A DNA stretch of 64,000 bases, from NCBI GenBank assembly GCA_951406725.2, contig OX597832.1:45694001-45758000 (forward strand), given 5' to 3'. The DNA is from Octopus vulgaris. Taxonomy: Eukaryota. A model generated the notes under the pieces. That model was not told the DNA's origin and searched no databases. It saw only the letters and a program-made list of their open reading frames with translations. Both the position numbers and the translations under genes were made by a program. Shown one piece after another: positions 1 to 13,615 of this stretch (the first letter of the stretch is position 1; every line of letters begins with the position of its first letter).

Positions 1-132
1 GGATAATAGGGCTTAAGGAGGACATCAATAAAATTACTGTGTCTGTGTGTCTCACACGAGGGACCGGCCACGGTTGGTCACATTTTGAGATCTCTCAGGT
101 GTGGAATATCTATGACTACAGAAGTTGATTTG

Positions 133-210
<78 letters not shown>

Positions 211-211
<1 letters not shown>

Positions 212-364
212 ACGACGGGCGTCTTTTAGTTTCCGTCTACCAATTCCTCTCACGAGGCTTTTGTTGGCCTGAAGCTATAATAGAAGACGCTTGCCCAAGG
301 TGCAACGCAGAGGAACTGAACCCATAATCATGTAGTTGGGAAGCAAGCTTCTTACCATACAGCC
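211..364 (-). mobile_element. tRNA-derived SINE family A (CORE-like), 5' half
   Basis: Reverse complement reads GGCTGTATGGTAAGAAGCTTGCTTCCCAAC...GGGTTCAGTTCC...CCTTGGGCAAG; homologous to the full copies at 31909-32410 and 55248-55706; abuts a (TA)n/(CA)n tract like the internal microsatellite of full copies. Confidence 0.85.
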
Positions 365-843
365 TCATGAATCTGAAATTAAAGAATACCACAAGAAGAG
401 AAAATAGAATTTTCTATGTTCTCGAAATGGCTCACAGGTTTTAGAAGTTTACAGGAAGTGAAATAATACAAAAAAAAAAAATATGAGAAAACGCGATTTC
501 GTTTCAATAAGAATATATTCATTCGTAGCCTAAAAGAATATCCACCCGCTTTTAACAATGATCATTTAATTATGACAATACTACAAGTTTGTACTCATGT
601 GCAATGTGGTGTTGTGACATTCATAATTTTGTTAAAGACACCATAATATATGAAAAATTTTCAATGACTAAATTAGGATAGATATAATAATTAGGTTTGT
701 ACTTCAAAATTTTCTTAAAGTAATTTAAAAATAAATTGTTTAATCGCAATAAAATATCAAAGAAACAGACCGAGTAATTTTATTAGATTAATCATGTCTA
801 AATTCATACTACTAAAACGTGACCTTCATGTAGTCATTCGAAA

Positions 844-1203
<360 letters not shown>

Positions 1204-1796
1204 CTTACATATATTAATATGTTGGTGTATGTGTTTGTTTAGGGTAATTTCACAAATAGCAACAAAATTTAATGGTGGAGGGACTCAATAAAATTAGATT
1301 TCATTGGGACTTCGTAATTTCTCGTGCATTCACAGACACCCATATACATCCATATGTTAGAGTAGCGTAGTTTAGGTGAGGCATTGTTTGATATAGAATG
1401 AATGTTATGTTTCTTAAAAAACCAAAAACAATGCGTGTTATCAGAAACCAGATAAGTCAATAGCTTCCTCTTGTATCTTATACTTCGATATTTCGGGGGA
1501 ACATCCCCTCTGAAATGTAAAGCGAAGAACTGGTGTTACGAGGGAGATTTTCTATCTGTATGTGTGTGCGTGTGGGTGCATATATGAAGGCATTAGCCCT
1601 TTGCATACGCAGGGCAGATTTAAGCAATAGCCAACCAGACGCTGACGTTCGGTTCGAATGTTAATAGGACCTTTTGTCTTGCTAATGATGATAGTTCCTA
1701 TTATCCTCAGGTTCCCAATGTTACGTTTCATTTCGTGGTTTCATTGTAGACTTAGTAGTCTGGTGTTGTCTTGGTATTTGGTGTAAATGTCTAGAT

Positions 1797-2015
1797 CAGC
1801 GCTTTTCAAACTTTTTGCTTGAGCGGAACCCCAAGGAAACATTCCACTGGCTCGAGGAACCCCTGTGCAATAATTTAATAGTCTTATGCACACATATCTG
1901 CACAGGAGAAATAAAAATTACTGCCGATTTTAGCAGTTTTGTAACTTCTTGCGGAACTCCTGGATTGTACTGGCGGAACCCTAAGGTTCCGCGGAACCCT
2001 GGTTGAAAACCACTG
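1797..2015. mobile_element. Non-autonomous hAT (Charlie-like) MITE
   Basis: Imperfect TIRs CAGCGCTTTTCAAAC / GGTTGAAAACCACTG; perfect 8-bp TSD GTCTAGAT at 1789-1796 and 2016-2023, matching the NTCTAGAN preference of Charlie-type hAT elements; repeated subterminal CGGAACCC motifs. Confidence 0.9.
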
Positions 2016-2789
2016 GTCTAGATAACCATTCTACATAAGGACTTTTGGGAATTGCATAGCGCTCGGCGTTTATGTCTGCAGCCCATTTCATACACGAACT
2101 ACAGTGCAAAGATGATTACACATAAACAGAAAAAAGTAAAAGAGAGAAGATAAAAGATATACGTATACATACATACATACATACCATACTCGCATACACA
2201 CGCACATACACTAATATATCCCCTCACGCATATATTTGCATGCGAATGTGCGTGCTTACTTTTTAAACATTTTCTTCCGAGGAGTAGAAAATAAAGAGGT
2301 TCTTATCTCCGCAGGTCCTGTAAAATTTTCCTGCCGTTAATGACGTGTTTGTATTACCGCAGGTTTGCGTCTGTTTCTAAAACATTAGCTGTGAGGTAGT
2401 GACTTTTGGATACCGTTCGGGGAATAACGTTTCCGGAGACATGATAAATACAGGATATATGGATAGTGTTTTTAAAGTTGTGCTTGCTTGTTCCTTGCAG
2501 CATTAAATATGGGGCAGTGTATCAAGAACTTCCAGGTGAATAAAATTGTTCATTTATTAAAACCGAGCCGGGTTTATGAATTATTCAGTGACAAGACTTG
2601 AATTTAGAACTGTAAATCTCCGAAAATAGCTTGTCAATGCGAAGAATACACTGCACACGTGTACCTTAATGCATGCCATTATCTCGTTTTGATAGACAGC
2701 TATATAATTATCCTATCGGTATTATATTATCTGTATAGAGAACATACGGAATAGATAGGTAGGTTGGTGGATAGTTATATAGGTGGATA

Positions 2790-2882
2790 GATGGAGAGTA
2801 GGAGAGAGAAATAGAGACAGAGAGACGGAGAGAGCGACTAAGAGATTGAGGGAAGTGAGATAGAGAGTGAGAGAACAAGGGG

Positions 2883-2931
<49 letters not shown>

Positions 2932-3648
2932 AAAGCTGAGAGAGACATAGAGAAACAGACTGGGAGTCTGAGAAAGTGTGTTAGACAGTTAAAGCGAGAG
3001 ACAGTGAGGGAGCCAGAGAAGAAGAGAGAAATAGAGGGAGTAGAAGTGATAGAGAGAGAGAACTAGGGGTTTAAGAGAGAGAGAAGCTGAGAGATACATA
3101 AAGAAAGAGATTGGGAGTCTGAGAAAGTGTGTTAGACAGTTGAAGCGAGAGATAATGATGGAGACAGAGAAAATGAGAGAAGGAAAGGGAGTGACAGAGG
3201 GAGAGAAAGAGAGAAAGAAAGAGAGGGTGTGTAAGAGAGAAACTGAGAGAAAGAGAGAAGAGTGAGAGATAGACAAAGAGAGAGAGAGAGACTGAGGGAC
3301 TGAGAAAGTGAGTTAGAGATTGAAAATGATAGAGAGTGAGGAAGTCAAAAAAGAGAGAGAAAGAGAGGGAGTGAAAGAGAGAGATTGAGGAAGATAAAGA
3401 GAGGTGGAGAGACAGACAGAGCTCAGTGATAATGTTATAGGAAACCAGCCGGATGGCGGTGAATAGTTTGTATCGTAAGATCAGCAATATATTTTGTGGG
3501 TTCGTTTTGTGTATGATAGATATATAGATAGACAAAGACAGATTAGTAGAGAGAGAGGGAGTGAGAGAGAAAGAAAGAGAGAGGAAGAGAGAGAGAGGAA
3601 GACGGGAGCGAGACAAACAGAAACAGAGAGAGAGAGAGAGAAACAGAA

Positions 3649-3679
<31 letters not shown>

Positions 3680-3801
3680 TAGAGAGAGAGAAAGAGAGAC
3701 AGAGGAAGAGAGAGAGAGAAAGAGAGAGAGAGAGACACACACACACACAAACAGAAACAGAGAGAGAGAGAAAGAGAGAGAGAGAAAGACAGAGAGAGAA
3801 A

Positions 3802-3835
<34 letters not shown>

Positions 3836-3844
3836 AAGAGAAAC

Positions 3845-3889
<45 letters not shown>

Positions 3890-3896
3890 AAGAGAA

Positions 3897-3937
<41 letters not shown>

Positions 3938-4085
3938 AAGAGAGAGAGAAAGAGAGAAAGAGAAAGAGAGACAAAGAGAGAGAGAGAGACAAACAGAAAC
4001 AAAGAGAGAGAGAGGGAGACAAACAGAAACAAAGAGAGAGAGAGACAGACTGACAGACAGAGGGAAACGGGGAGAGAGACAAAGA
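2790..4085. repeat. Long GA-rich low-complexity region with (GA)n and (GAGAGAGAAA)n, and an internal duplication (about 2930-2999 vs 3083-3149)
   Basis: Purine-rich + strand; GGGAGTCTGAGAAAGTGTGTTAGACAGTT occurs twice. Confidence 0.93.
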
Positions 4086-4609
4086 GATGTATGTGTATGT
4101 GCCTTAATACTTATATGTAAAGATACAATAGAATGCAAGCAGTGTTGATATGTTCGATTCGCAATCGTGATGTTTCGAGAACAACCCAACTGGACGGCAG
4201 CTTGAGACAACAGCCTCTACACATTGGATTAAAATGTTTAAAAATCACTTCGGCCAAAAATCTCGATTCGAACCCAAAGCATTGCGAACGAAATTGAGCA
4301 GACAATGGGGCAACTGAACAGAAGTCCACGACACTGAATTTATCTGGAGTTCAAAAGGCCATTTCTATCACGCACCATGTCCTACAGATTCTAACCGAGA
4401 TTTACATTAACGGTACACTGGTCTTTAAAGGCCTCAGCTACGTATATTATCATTCAATGAGCAGACAGTTCAATTAATCGAACACCTGGTAAGATTATAT
4501 TCGAAACGATACCAGATTAATTTACGTTATTAATTACTTTTCTTAAATAATTTCTTTTATATTCTGGAAATTAATAAAGATATGGTTTGTCGATTGAATC
4601 GATCTTCAA

Positions 4610-5372
4610 TATTTCAAAGATGGAAGGCAGTGAGCTGGTAGAATCGTTAGCATTCTTTACGGTATTTCGTCGTCCGTCCTTACGCTCTGAATTCAAATTC
4701 CACCGGGTTCGACTTCGCCTTTCATCATTTCCGGTTGAGCCCTGGGATTAATGTAACCCCTGCCTCGATATTGCTGGCCCTGTGCAAAAATTTGAAAGCA
4801 ATTTTTCAAAGATATAAGGCGGCGAGCTGGCAGAATCGTTAGCAGGGACGGGCAAAAATGCTACATGGAATGTGTTCCGTCCTTATGCTCTGAATTCAAA
4901 TTCCACCGGGTTCGACTTCGCCTTTCATCATTTCAGGGTCGATAAAATAAATACTAATTGAGCCCTGGGATTAATGTAACCCCTGTCTCGATATATCTGG
5001 CCCTGTGCAAAAATTTGAAAGCAATACTTCAAAGATATAAGGCGGCGACCTGGCAGAATCGTTAGCAGGGACGGGCAAAAATGCTACATGGAATGTGTTT
5101 CGTCCTTATGCTCTGAATTCAAATTCCACCGGGTTCGACTTCACCTTTCATCATATCGGGATCGATAAAATAAATACTAGTTGAACCCTGTGATTAATGT
5201 AATCCCTGCCTCGATATTTCTGGCTCTGTGCAAAAATTTGAAAGCAGTATTTCAAAGATATAAGGCGGCGAGCTGGCAGAATCGTTAGCAGGGATGGGCA
5301 AAAATGCTTCGCGGTATTTCTTCCGTCTTTACGTTGTGAGATCAAATTCCACCGGCATCAACTTTGCCTTTC
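4610..5372 (+). repeat. Head-to-tail tandem array of four SINE-B (variant tail) units, period 223 bp
   Basis: GGC(G/A)G(C/T)GA(G/C)CTGG heads at 4626, 4818, 5041 and 5264 (spacing 192, 223, 223); units carry ATTCAAATTCC B-box-like and TCGACTTCGCCTTTCATC segments; last unit is 3'-truncated. Confidence 0.9.
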
Positions 5373-5525
5373 TAAATTATAGCTCATCAAACGCTGAAAT
5401 CCGAACGTAATGACACGAGATCCTTTTTTTCTGTTGCCCATCAAATAATGTTACACTAGTATTGAAGAGATGGAAGTTATAAAATATGGATTATATTATG
5501 GGTACAATTTAACATTTAATCTTTA

Positions 5526-5929
5526 GGATCTTTTCGGTTTGAACGGCAGTTTTTTAAAATAATTTCCACGTAACTAAACACTTTTAAACTTCGTATACTG
5601 GTAGAATGTGTTTATAAAACATCTTTTTCTCTTGGCTTTATTGAGAAAATTCTATAGTCTGTAGGATATTTCAACCAATCAATGACGTCTATTGAGGTAA
5701 AAAAACATTCTGTGCTGTATGAATATGTCCCTCGTTTAAGAAACAGATTGGGTTTATTTACATTTGTGAAGAAAAAAAGATACCCTTCCCCCACCCCTAA
5801 CCCTAACACTAACTAACCCTAACCCTAAAACAGATTGAAATGCAATAGATCGATACTAGGGTCATAATTATGCGTGACAATTTCATATGACACCGCTAGA
5901 AAAAAATGCCGTTCAAACCGAAAAGATCC
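5526..5929. mobile_element. MITE with GG termini and 8-bp TSD (Merlin-like) carrying CCCTAA repeats, copy 1
   Basis: TIR GGATCTTTTCGGTTTGAACGGC / GCCGTTCAAACCGAAAAGATCC; TSD AATCTTTA at 5518-5525 and 5930-5937; paralogue at 35671-36114. Superfamily inferred from termini and TSD length only. Confidence 0.88.
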
Positions 5930-7031
5930 AATCTTTATGTAGGTTAGTAGGTGAAGTTAGCTTAGTCGTTAGTTTAAAGAGAAAACCTTTGTTGAGAGAG
6001 ACTTTTCAACACTTGAGTCAGCTTCAGTCTCAGTCAATGCTGAGGGATTAAATTCTTTACGCTCTGTGCTTATTGCCTACAGCTCTAAGGACGAGTCCGT
6101 TAAGATGTAAATGCTACGAAGATGGCTAGACTGTAGTATTGTTTACACAATAAGAAAATCAGAGAAGCTTAACATAATCCTACTATACTATAAAATCTAC
6201 AAATTGCTGTTCCGCAGTTCTGTTGTAATACGACCACCATCACTAAGAACCAACATCCGTCCCACCTCCACAAGCAAAATAAAGATTTACAAAATCAAAA
6301 AAAAAAGAAAAATATTACTGAATAAAACAACAAAAAAAAAACGCTGCAGAGAAAAAAACAAAAAACAAAAGAAAATGACAAATGAAGTAAATAACAACAA
6401 CTTCAATAATTGATATAAATTTCTAATGTAGACATTAGAAAGAAAAAAAGATTGGGCGAAAAATAAATTGAAAAAAAAAGAAAAGAGAAAACAGAAGAAG
6501 GAAAGAAAAGAAATTCGAAAAGAAAAGAAAAAAACCTATAAAACTGATAAGAAAACAAATACTCTAAAACCAAAAATAAACAACTCCAACGACAACAACA
6601 ACAACAACAATAACGACAACAGCTGTAACGACGGTCGTACATACGATGTTAATTGAGAAATTGTTAGAGCTTTGGGTCTTCGCGTATATATCTTTAAACG
6701 TTTTGTTAGTTTTTGTGTGATGAAACACAATGTTAAAACAAGTCTTGAGATTAATGTTAGTATTTGCTAATGCAATCTTCAGGTTGTATTTTTTCTTTTC
6801 TTTTCTTTTCGTTTTCCTCTTGGTTGTGTCGTGGTCGTCGACGTCGACGTCGTTGTTGTTGTTGGTGGTGTCGCCTAAATGACTTTCTGTTTTATTGCGG
6901 CGTGTGTTAGCTATTTTCTGCCGAACTTATTCTCTTCTGAGAACTGGCCCTCAAACAAACAATTGATTCTCGGTGATAAAAGTTTGAATAAGTTTTATTG
7001 CCTGCGAGTAAGCGAATGGCTTGCTTTCACA

Positions 7032-7066
<35 letters not shown>

Positions 7067-7208
7067 CATGCATACATACACAAGAATGTACTTTAAAAAG
7101 CTCACGCATATATTTACTATAGCATAAATTCACACGCGTGATCTTATATTTATATCCATATAGGCAGTATAATTACATATGTATACAGTGATATATATAT
7201 TTATATAT

Positions 7209-7358
7209 GTTTCTCTCCTTGTTTTTTCTGTGTCCCTTTCTGTAGAAGAGCGTAGGCTCGAAACGTAAGACTTTTTCTATTCCTGAGCGTTATACTAATA
7301 CATCTGTTTGTTTTGTACACCACCTGTCTTCTCTTTTGTTTTTTTCGTAAACTCTCTC

Positions 7359-7359
<1 letters not shown>
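7209..7359 (+). mobile_element. Short Penelope-like fragment (family P1) with hammerhead-like core
   Basis: CTGTAGA-A-GAGC-GTAG-GCTC-GAAACGT at 7240-7266; homologous to the copies at 10630-10822, 11296-11420 and 62735-62895; flanked by TA/CA repeats. Confidence 0.6.
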
Positions 7360-7410
<51 letters not shown>

Positions 7411-7413
<3 letters not shown>

Positions 7414-7643
7414 TTCTTTACTACCCACAAGGGGCTAAACACAGACGGGACAAACAAGGACAGACGAACGGATTAAGTCGATTATATCGACCCCAGTGTG
7501 TAACTGGTACTTAATTTATCGACCCCGAAAGGATGAAAGGCAAAGTCGACCTCGGCGGAATTTGAACTCGGAACGTGACGACAGACGAAATACAGCTACG
7601 CATTTCGCCCGGCGTGCTAACGTTTCTGCCAGCTCGCCGCCTT
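7411..7643 (-). mobile_element. tRNA-derived SINE family B (Meta-like central domain), full length
   Basis: Reverse complement: AAGGCGGCGAGCTGGCAGAAACGTTAGC (A box) ...GAGTTCAAATTCC (B box) ...GGTCGACTTTGCCTTTCATCCTTTCGGGGTCGATAAATTAAGTACC...GTAAAGAAATA; sits inside (TA)n. Confidence 0.92.
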
Positions 7644-7976
7644 TTATATATATATATATGCATACATACACACACGCACACACATACACACGCACACACA
7701 TACACACACACATATATATATAGGGATGATATCATTAAATACCATCACGACTGGTGTGCGGATTATCAGCCGTACAGACAAATTAATAAAATATATACGT
7801 ACAATATTATATATGTACAACTTGTTGCAAAACCCTCATTGTTATAATTAGATATAATTTTACCGAATATGGTCCTTTTCCATACCGAAATACTACATGG
7901 TGAAATTTGTTGATTTTATTAAATTAATGATATTTCACCCTTTATCTCTCTCTCTCTATATATATATATATATAGA

Positions 7977-8466
7977 CAATGGTAGTGCGTGAGTACCTAT
8001 ATCGCTAAAAACAGAAGTAAAAAAATACTTCTCTACCACCCAATAGTCACAAATCTATTACAGACATGATAGGAAAAAATATCAGTGAACAATGATAATG
8101 TCTTACCCCTAATGGGTTAGAACAAGCAAATGTTGGTCAACCTTGTACCGGTTTCGAAATTTAGCGCCAAACAGGTGCCCCATTTCTCATCACCCAAAGT
8201 ATGACAGCTAAATTACTACTAACATTCTCCCCCACCATGCCTGCAAAAGTTCGTTTGAAGCGACCAAGCTCTATAGGGCACCTATTTGGCTCTAAATTTC
8301 GAAACCGGTACCAGGTTGACCAGCATTTACCTGTTCTGACACTGTGGAGGTAAGTCATTATTATTGTTCACTGATATTTTTTCCTATCATGTCTGTAATA
8401 GATTTGTGACTATTCAGTGATACAGAAGTATTTTTTAGCGATATAGGTACTCATATAGTACCCTTG
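7977..8466. mobile_element. Foldback MITE with about 200-bp inverted arms (Tc1/mariner-like, TA context)
   Basis: Left arm 7977-8180 is the near reverse complement of right arm 8276-8466 (e.g. GAGTACCTATATCGCTAAAA / TTTTAGCGATATAGGTACTC and GTCACAAATCTATTACAGACATGATAGGAAAAAATATCAGTGAACAAT); 95-bp spacer. Confidence 0.88.
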
Positions 8467-8507
8467 TATATATACGTATATATCTAATATTGTATGCATA
8501 TATTTTA

Positions 8508-8600
<93 letters not shown>

Positions 8601-8629
8601 ACCTATCTATCTATCTATCTGTCTATCTG

Positions 8630-8668
<39 letters not shown>

Positions 8669-9473
8669 GGGGCCGACCTGCCCGAGATGCGGTCAAACGA
8701 CGAAACCGTTCTGCACGCACTCGTTCAGTGTCCAACAATTTCCGACCTGTGGGCTTATGTCGAACAACTGCTGTCACGTGTGGGACGAGTCGGTTTATCA
8801 GCTGAGTCTATCGTCAATATTGTCACGCCTCCTTCCTTCAAACGGGAAGGAAGAGCTATTTTCATCATCCTTGTGGCTATGGCGAAAGAATGTATCTGGT
8901 GGACGCGTCTGAAAGGATTGGAGACAAACACTTTCCTCTCTGGTCAATCTCTCATCAACTTCTTCAAGTACCACTTGAAAAGGAAAGTGAGAGTAGAGAG
9001 GCAAGTTTTGTCTAGCGAATGTTTTAAAAAAGATGGGTGAATGTAGCAAGAATGGCACGTATGAATGACGAAGCCACCTTGAGCATAGTCCTATGAACCC
9101 AGAAATCGAAAACAGAGAGTTGCTTATTTGCAAAAAAAAAAAAAAAAAAAAAAGAAATATAAAATGTGACTTCATTGACCGAGGTTACCGTGGTCTTTTC
9201 CGTAGGCTTTTCTTTCCACGGGTAAACCTCACCTGTCCTCCCCTTTACACTTCATATTGACATTTCTGTGATAACGATCCCTATTGATCAATTTTTTTTT
9301 TTTTTTTTTTTTTTTCCTCTCCCCCTTTTTTTGTCCTCCTTCTCTCCTTTTACGATCCCTTTTGATCGAAACTCCCCCTTACTTTTTTTTTTTTTTTTAA
9401 ACATTCAAAAGAAAAGCTCTACCTTGTAATTTGTTCTATCTGTGTGCAGCCCTGTGTGGCTAATAAAGAAACA
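8669..9473 (+). mobile_element. 5'-truncated Tx1/L1-clade LINE 3' end (ORF2 C-terminal CCHC finger plus 3' UTR) inside (TCTA)n
   Basis: With two 1-nt frameshifts it reads [29 protein letters not shown]...AKECIWWTR...FKK-RWVNVARM...SIVL* (stop at 9094-9096); CxxC...HxxxxC-x6-W and IWxxR motifs typical of L1/Tx1 ORF2; AATAAA at 9462; (TCTA)n on both sides. Confidence 0.85.
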
Positions 9474-9588
<115 letters not shown>

Positions 9589-9904
9589 ATCGTCACCATA
9601 TAATTTATATCAATGTATATATGCTTGCACCTCAACCCATATTTTTACACAAACATATATGTATATCTATCTATCTTTCTATCAATCTAGCTAGCTATCT
9701 GTTTACATCTGTCTATAGATACATTTTATATAGGTATGCATGTATACTGACTCACATACAGAACAACTGGCGCAATTTCTTATTGACATCGTTCTCATAA
9801 ACACGCAAACATTATTTATACTGATATCTTAATCAGATTTTTATTGAACCAAGTGAAAGGTTAGTTAGTTTCGTATTCAATTGAGCTTTAATGTCCAATT
9901 TCGA

Positions 9905-10230
<326 letters not shown>

Positions 10231-10629
10231 CTATTATATCTGTATTGTACTGATCGTAAACACTATTGCTTCATACGTTTGTTTACCTATGTTTCCAGAA
10301 ATTTCTCCGAAGAAGCTTCAAAATATTTTTGTTTATGGTATCTAATCCGGTCGTTGGAAGGTGAATGTTTACAGACTCTCAGTCTGTTTCCCCATGAAGA
10401 AAAATACGGATGCTTTATTTCCGTAGTCTGTAGTTAGTAAACACGAATTTTATTTAACATGTCTGCAATTTTTATGCTTGAAAAATAAAAGGAGTGGTAG
10501 AAGTTTGCCATGGCATTCATAGTGGCTGTGACGCGGAAAACCATCGCTTGACTTGAAGACATTAGTAACCAAGAAGAAAATGGTAGATCTAAATTAAATT
10601 ATTTCGGAGTTTAGGAACAATCTTTTCAC

Positions 10630-10822
10630 CACCACCAACACCTTTTTCTCTCTCCTTGTTTCTCTCCGTGTTTCTTTTCTGTGTATCTTTCTGTTGAAGA
10701 GCGTAGGCTCGAAACGTAAAAGACTTGTTTTATTTATATTCCTGAGCGTCATACTAATACAATTGTTTGTTTGTATTCCACCTGCCTTCGTCTTTTGTTT
10801 ATTTTCATAAAGCTTCCTGTTA
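10630..10822 (+). mobile_element. Penelope-like fragment P1 with hammerhead-like core
   Basis: CTGTTGA-A-GAGCGTAGGCTC-GAAACGT at 10691-10717 and downstream CCTGAGCGTCATACTAATAC; homologous to 7209-7359. Confidence 0.6.
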
Positions 10823-10871
10823 TGTATATATATATATATATATTTATGTGTGCGTATATGTTTGTATGCCT

Positions 10872-11026
10872 GTTTGTCTCCCAACATCGCTTGATAACCG
10901 ATGCTGGTGTGTTTACGTCACCGTAACTTAGCGGCTGGGCAAAAGAGACCTATAGAATAAGTACTAGACTTACAAAGAATAATTCCTGCAGTCGATTTGC
11001 TCGACTAAAGGTGGTGCTCCAGCATG
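10872..11026 (+). mobile_element. SINE family A, 3' half fragment
   Basis: ATCGCTTGATAACCGATGCTGGTGTGTTTACGTC...GGTGCTCCAGCATG matches the 3' half of full A copies. Confidence 0.85.
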
Positions 11027-11086
11027 TAAAACAGTAAAGCAGGAAACAGATATATACACGTATACGTGGCGGTGTATATGTGTGTG

Positions 11087-11165
<79 letters not shown>

Positions 11166-11295
11166 AAGAAGGTTAATGACAGAGGAAGAGAAAGATATTT
11201 AGTATATATACATATATATACACACAAATATATATATGTACAGACACACACATATATATATATATACGCATAGGGCCCACAATGATATAAAAACA

Positions 11296-11420
11296 AGAGA
11301 CAGGGAGGGTTGAAGGATAAACAAACAGGGTGTTATAGTTTGACACCCAGGAAAAAATCGAAGAAGTCGCTGACGTTTCGAGCCTACGCTCTTCTACAGT
11401 AAGGAATGAGTGGAGAAAAC
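11296..11420 (-). mobile_element. Penelope-like fragment P1 with hammerhead-like core
   Basis: Reverse complement contains CTGTAGAAGAGCGTAGGCTCGAAACGT, identical to 7240-7266. Confidence 0.55.
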
Positions 11421-11477
11421 ATAAATAGTGAAGATAAAATGGTGCGAAAAAAAAAATTCACCGCATGGAGGTATGAT

Positions 11478-11638
11478 AAGCTTCTTTCAGTTTCCATCTA
11501 GCGAATCCAATCACAACACTTTCCTCGGATCGGAGCTATAGCAGAAGACTAACTATCCAAAGCGTCCCACAGCAGAATAGAACTCAGAATGATGTGGTTG
11601 GCATGCAACGTTCTTACCACACAACTACGTTAGCGCCA
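11478..11638 (-). mobile_element. Diverged SINE family A, 5' half
   Basis: GCTTCTTTCAGTTTCCATCTA...CTTACCACACA...GCGCC aligns to the 5' half of A copies with many substitutions. Confidence 0.7.
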
Positions 11639-11658
11639 TCTTTATATATATATTTATA

Positions 11659-11708
<50 letters not shown>

Positions 11709-11713
11709 CATAC

Positions 11714-11787
<74 letters not shown>

Positions 11788-11843
11788 TAAGTTCAGCAAA
11801 ATTTTGATTCAGAAGAATATGCTATTTATAATCCCCACATTTG

Positions 11844-11883
<40 letters not shown>

Positions 11884-12280
11884 GTGTATATATATGTACA
11901 TAAATATATGCGTGTATGTGTGTGTGTGTAAATATATACATAAATAATAGTCAAACACACACGCACTCACACACACACGCACTCACACACACACAAGCAA
12001 ATACTACAACGAATGTAATTTTTATACCTAACAGCTATATGTGAAAACGCATTTATCAGAATATATTCAATTATATGTTATTCCGTTATGTAACATCTAA
12101 ATATTATTCAATACTTTGCATAAGTTGATAGCATTTTGTTTTTCCTTCATTCACAGAAGAGAAGTAAAATTATGTGATATGAAAAAAAAAACAAAAACAA
12201 ACTATATTAGGAGACGTTTATAAGAATAAATATTTGCTGAAATCAAGGAATTCTTCGTAGGCTTGTGTTTTTACGTCTTC

Positions 12281-12324
<44 letters not shown>

Positions 12325-12351
12325 GTATATATATGTAAATATATGTTTATA

Positions 12352-12400
<49 letters not shown>

Positions 12401-12467
12401 AAATGTATATATATGTATATATATTTCTATATATATACATATATATACCTATATATACATTTATATA

Positions 12468-12518
<51 letters not shown>

Positions 12519-12702
12519 GTATATATATATACCTATATATGCATTTATATATATATATATACGTACGTGAGCGTGTGTCTGTGTGTGAGTGTGTGTGTAC
12601 GTATTGGTATCTGTATGTGTGAGTGAAAGTGCCTTTGAATAGAAACGGTCGGAAAAGCAAAAGTACTCGGAGAGAATACTCTTTATCTCGCCCGCTCTCT
12701 CA

Positions 12703-12740
<38 letters not shown>

Positions 12741-12912
12741 CTATATGTCTGTCTGTCTATCTATCTATATCTATCTATCTGTATGCAATATATGTAAACG
12801 TGTAAAAAATATGTGAGACTATATGTATATTTATATATATATATATATGTATAAGTATACGTATATGCATGTATATATGTATATGTATATATATGTATAT
12901 ATATATATATAC

Positions 12913-13002
<90 letters not shown>

Positions 13003-13208
13003 GTATATATATATATATATATGCATATATATATACACATATAGAAATGGAAGGAAAGAAGAGAAAGCGTAATGTGATGTTTGTCTTGCGGCGTATAAGA
13101 AAATCTAAAACAAATCAAATACCGCATAAATGTTTAAATACATACTCGCATACTTATATGGTACTTCGTGCGCGCGCGTGTATCTGCCTGTATGTGTGCG
13201 TGCATGTG

Positions 13209-13252
<44 letters not shown>

Positions 13253-13578
13253 TGTGTGTGTGTGGTTCTCTTGTGAGAGCGACTGTTTATTTGCAACAAC
13301 TACACTTCCTTTTATTATAGTCACTCATACATTCTCAAACACACTCACCCATCGAAATACATTAACACAAACGTACACATGTGAATTACTATATCATTAT
13401 ATGCTCATACATGCTTGTATACATCATAACGCGTATATTATAAATTGTCACATACTATATCTACACACACACACCATATGATATATGTATATACATATAA
13501 GCTCAATCTTAGTGTGAATGTTTTTATATCCATATATACATACATACATATATAGGTATGCATATGTATATATATATG

Positions 13579-13615
<37 letters not shown>

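Noticed and set aside
5795-5828. Telomere or chromosome-fusion relic
   Set aside because: The few imperfect CCCTAA units are internal to a TIR/TSD-bounded MITE present twice in the window
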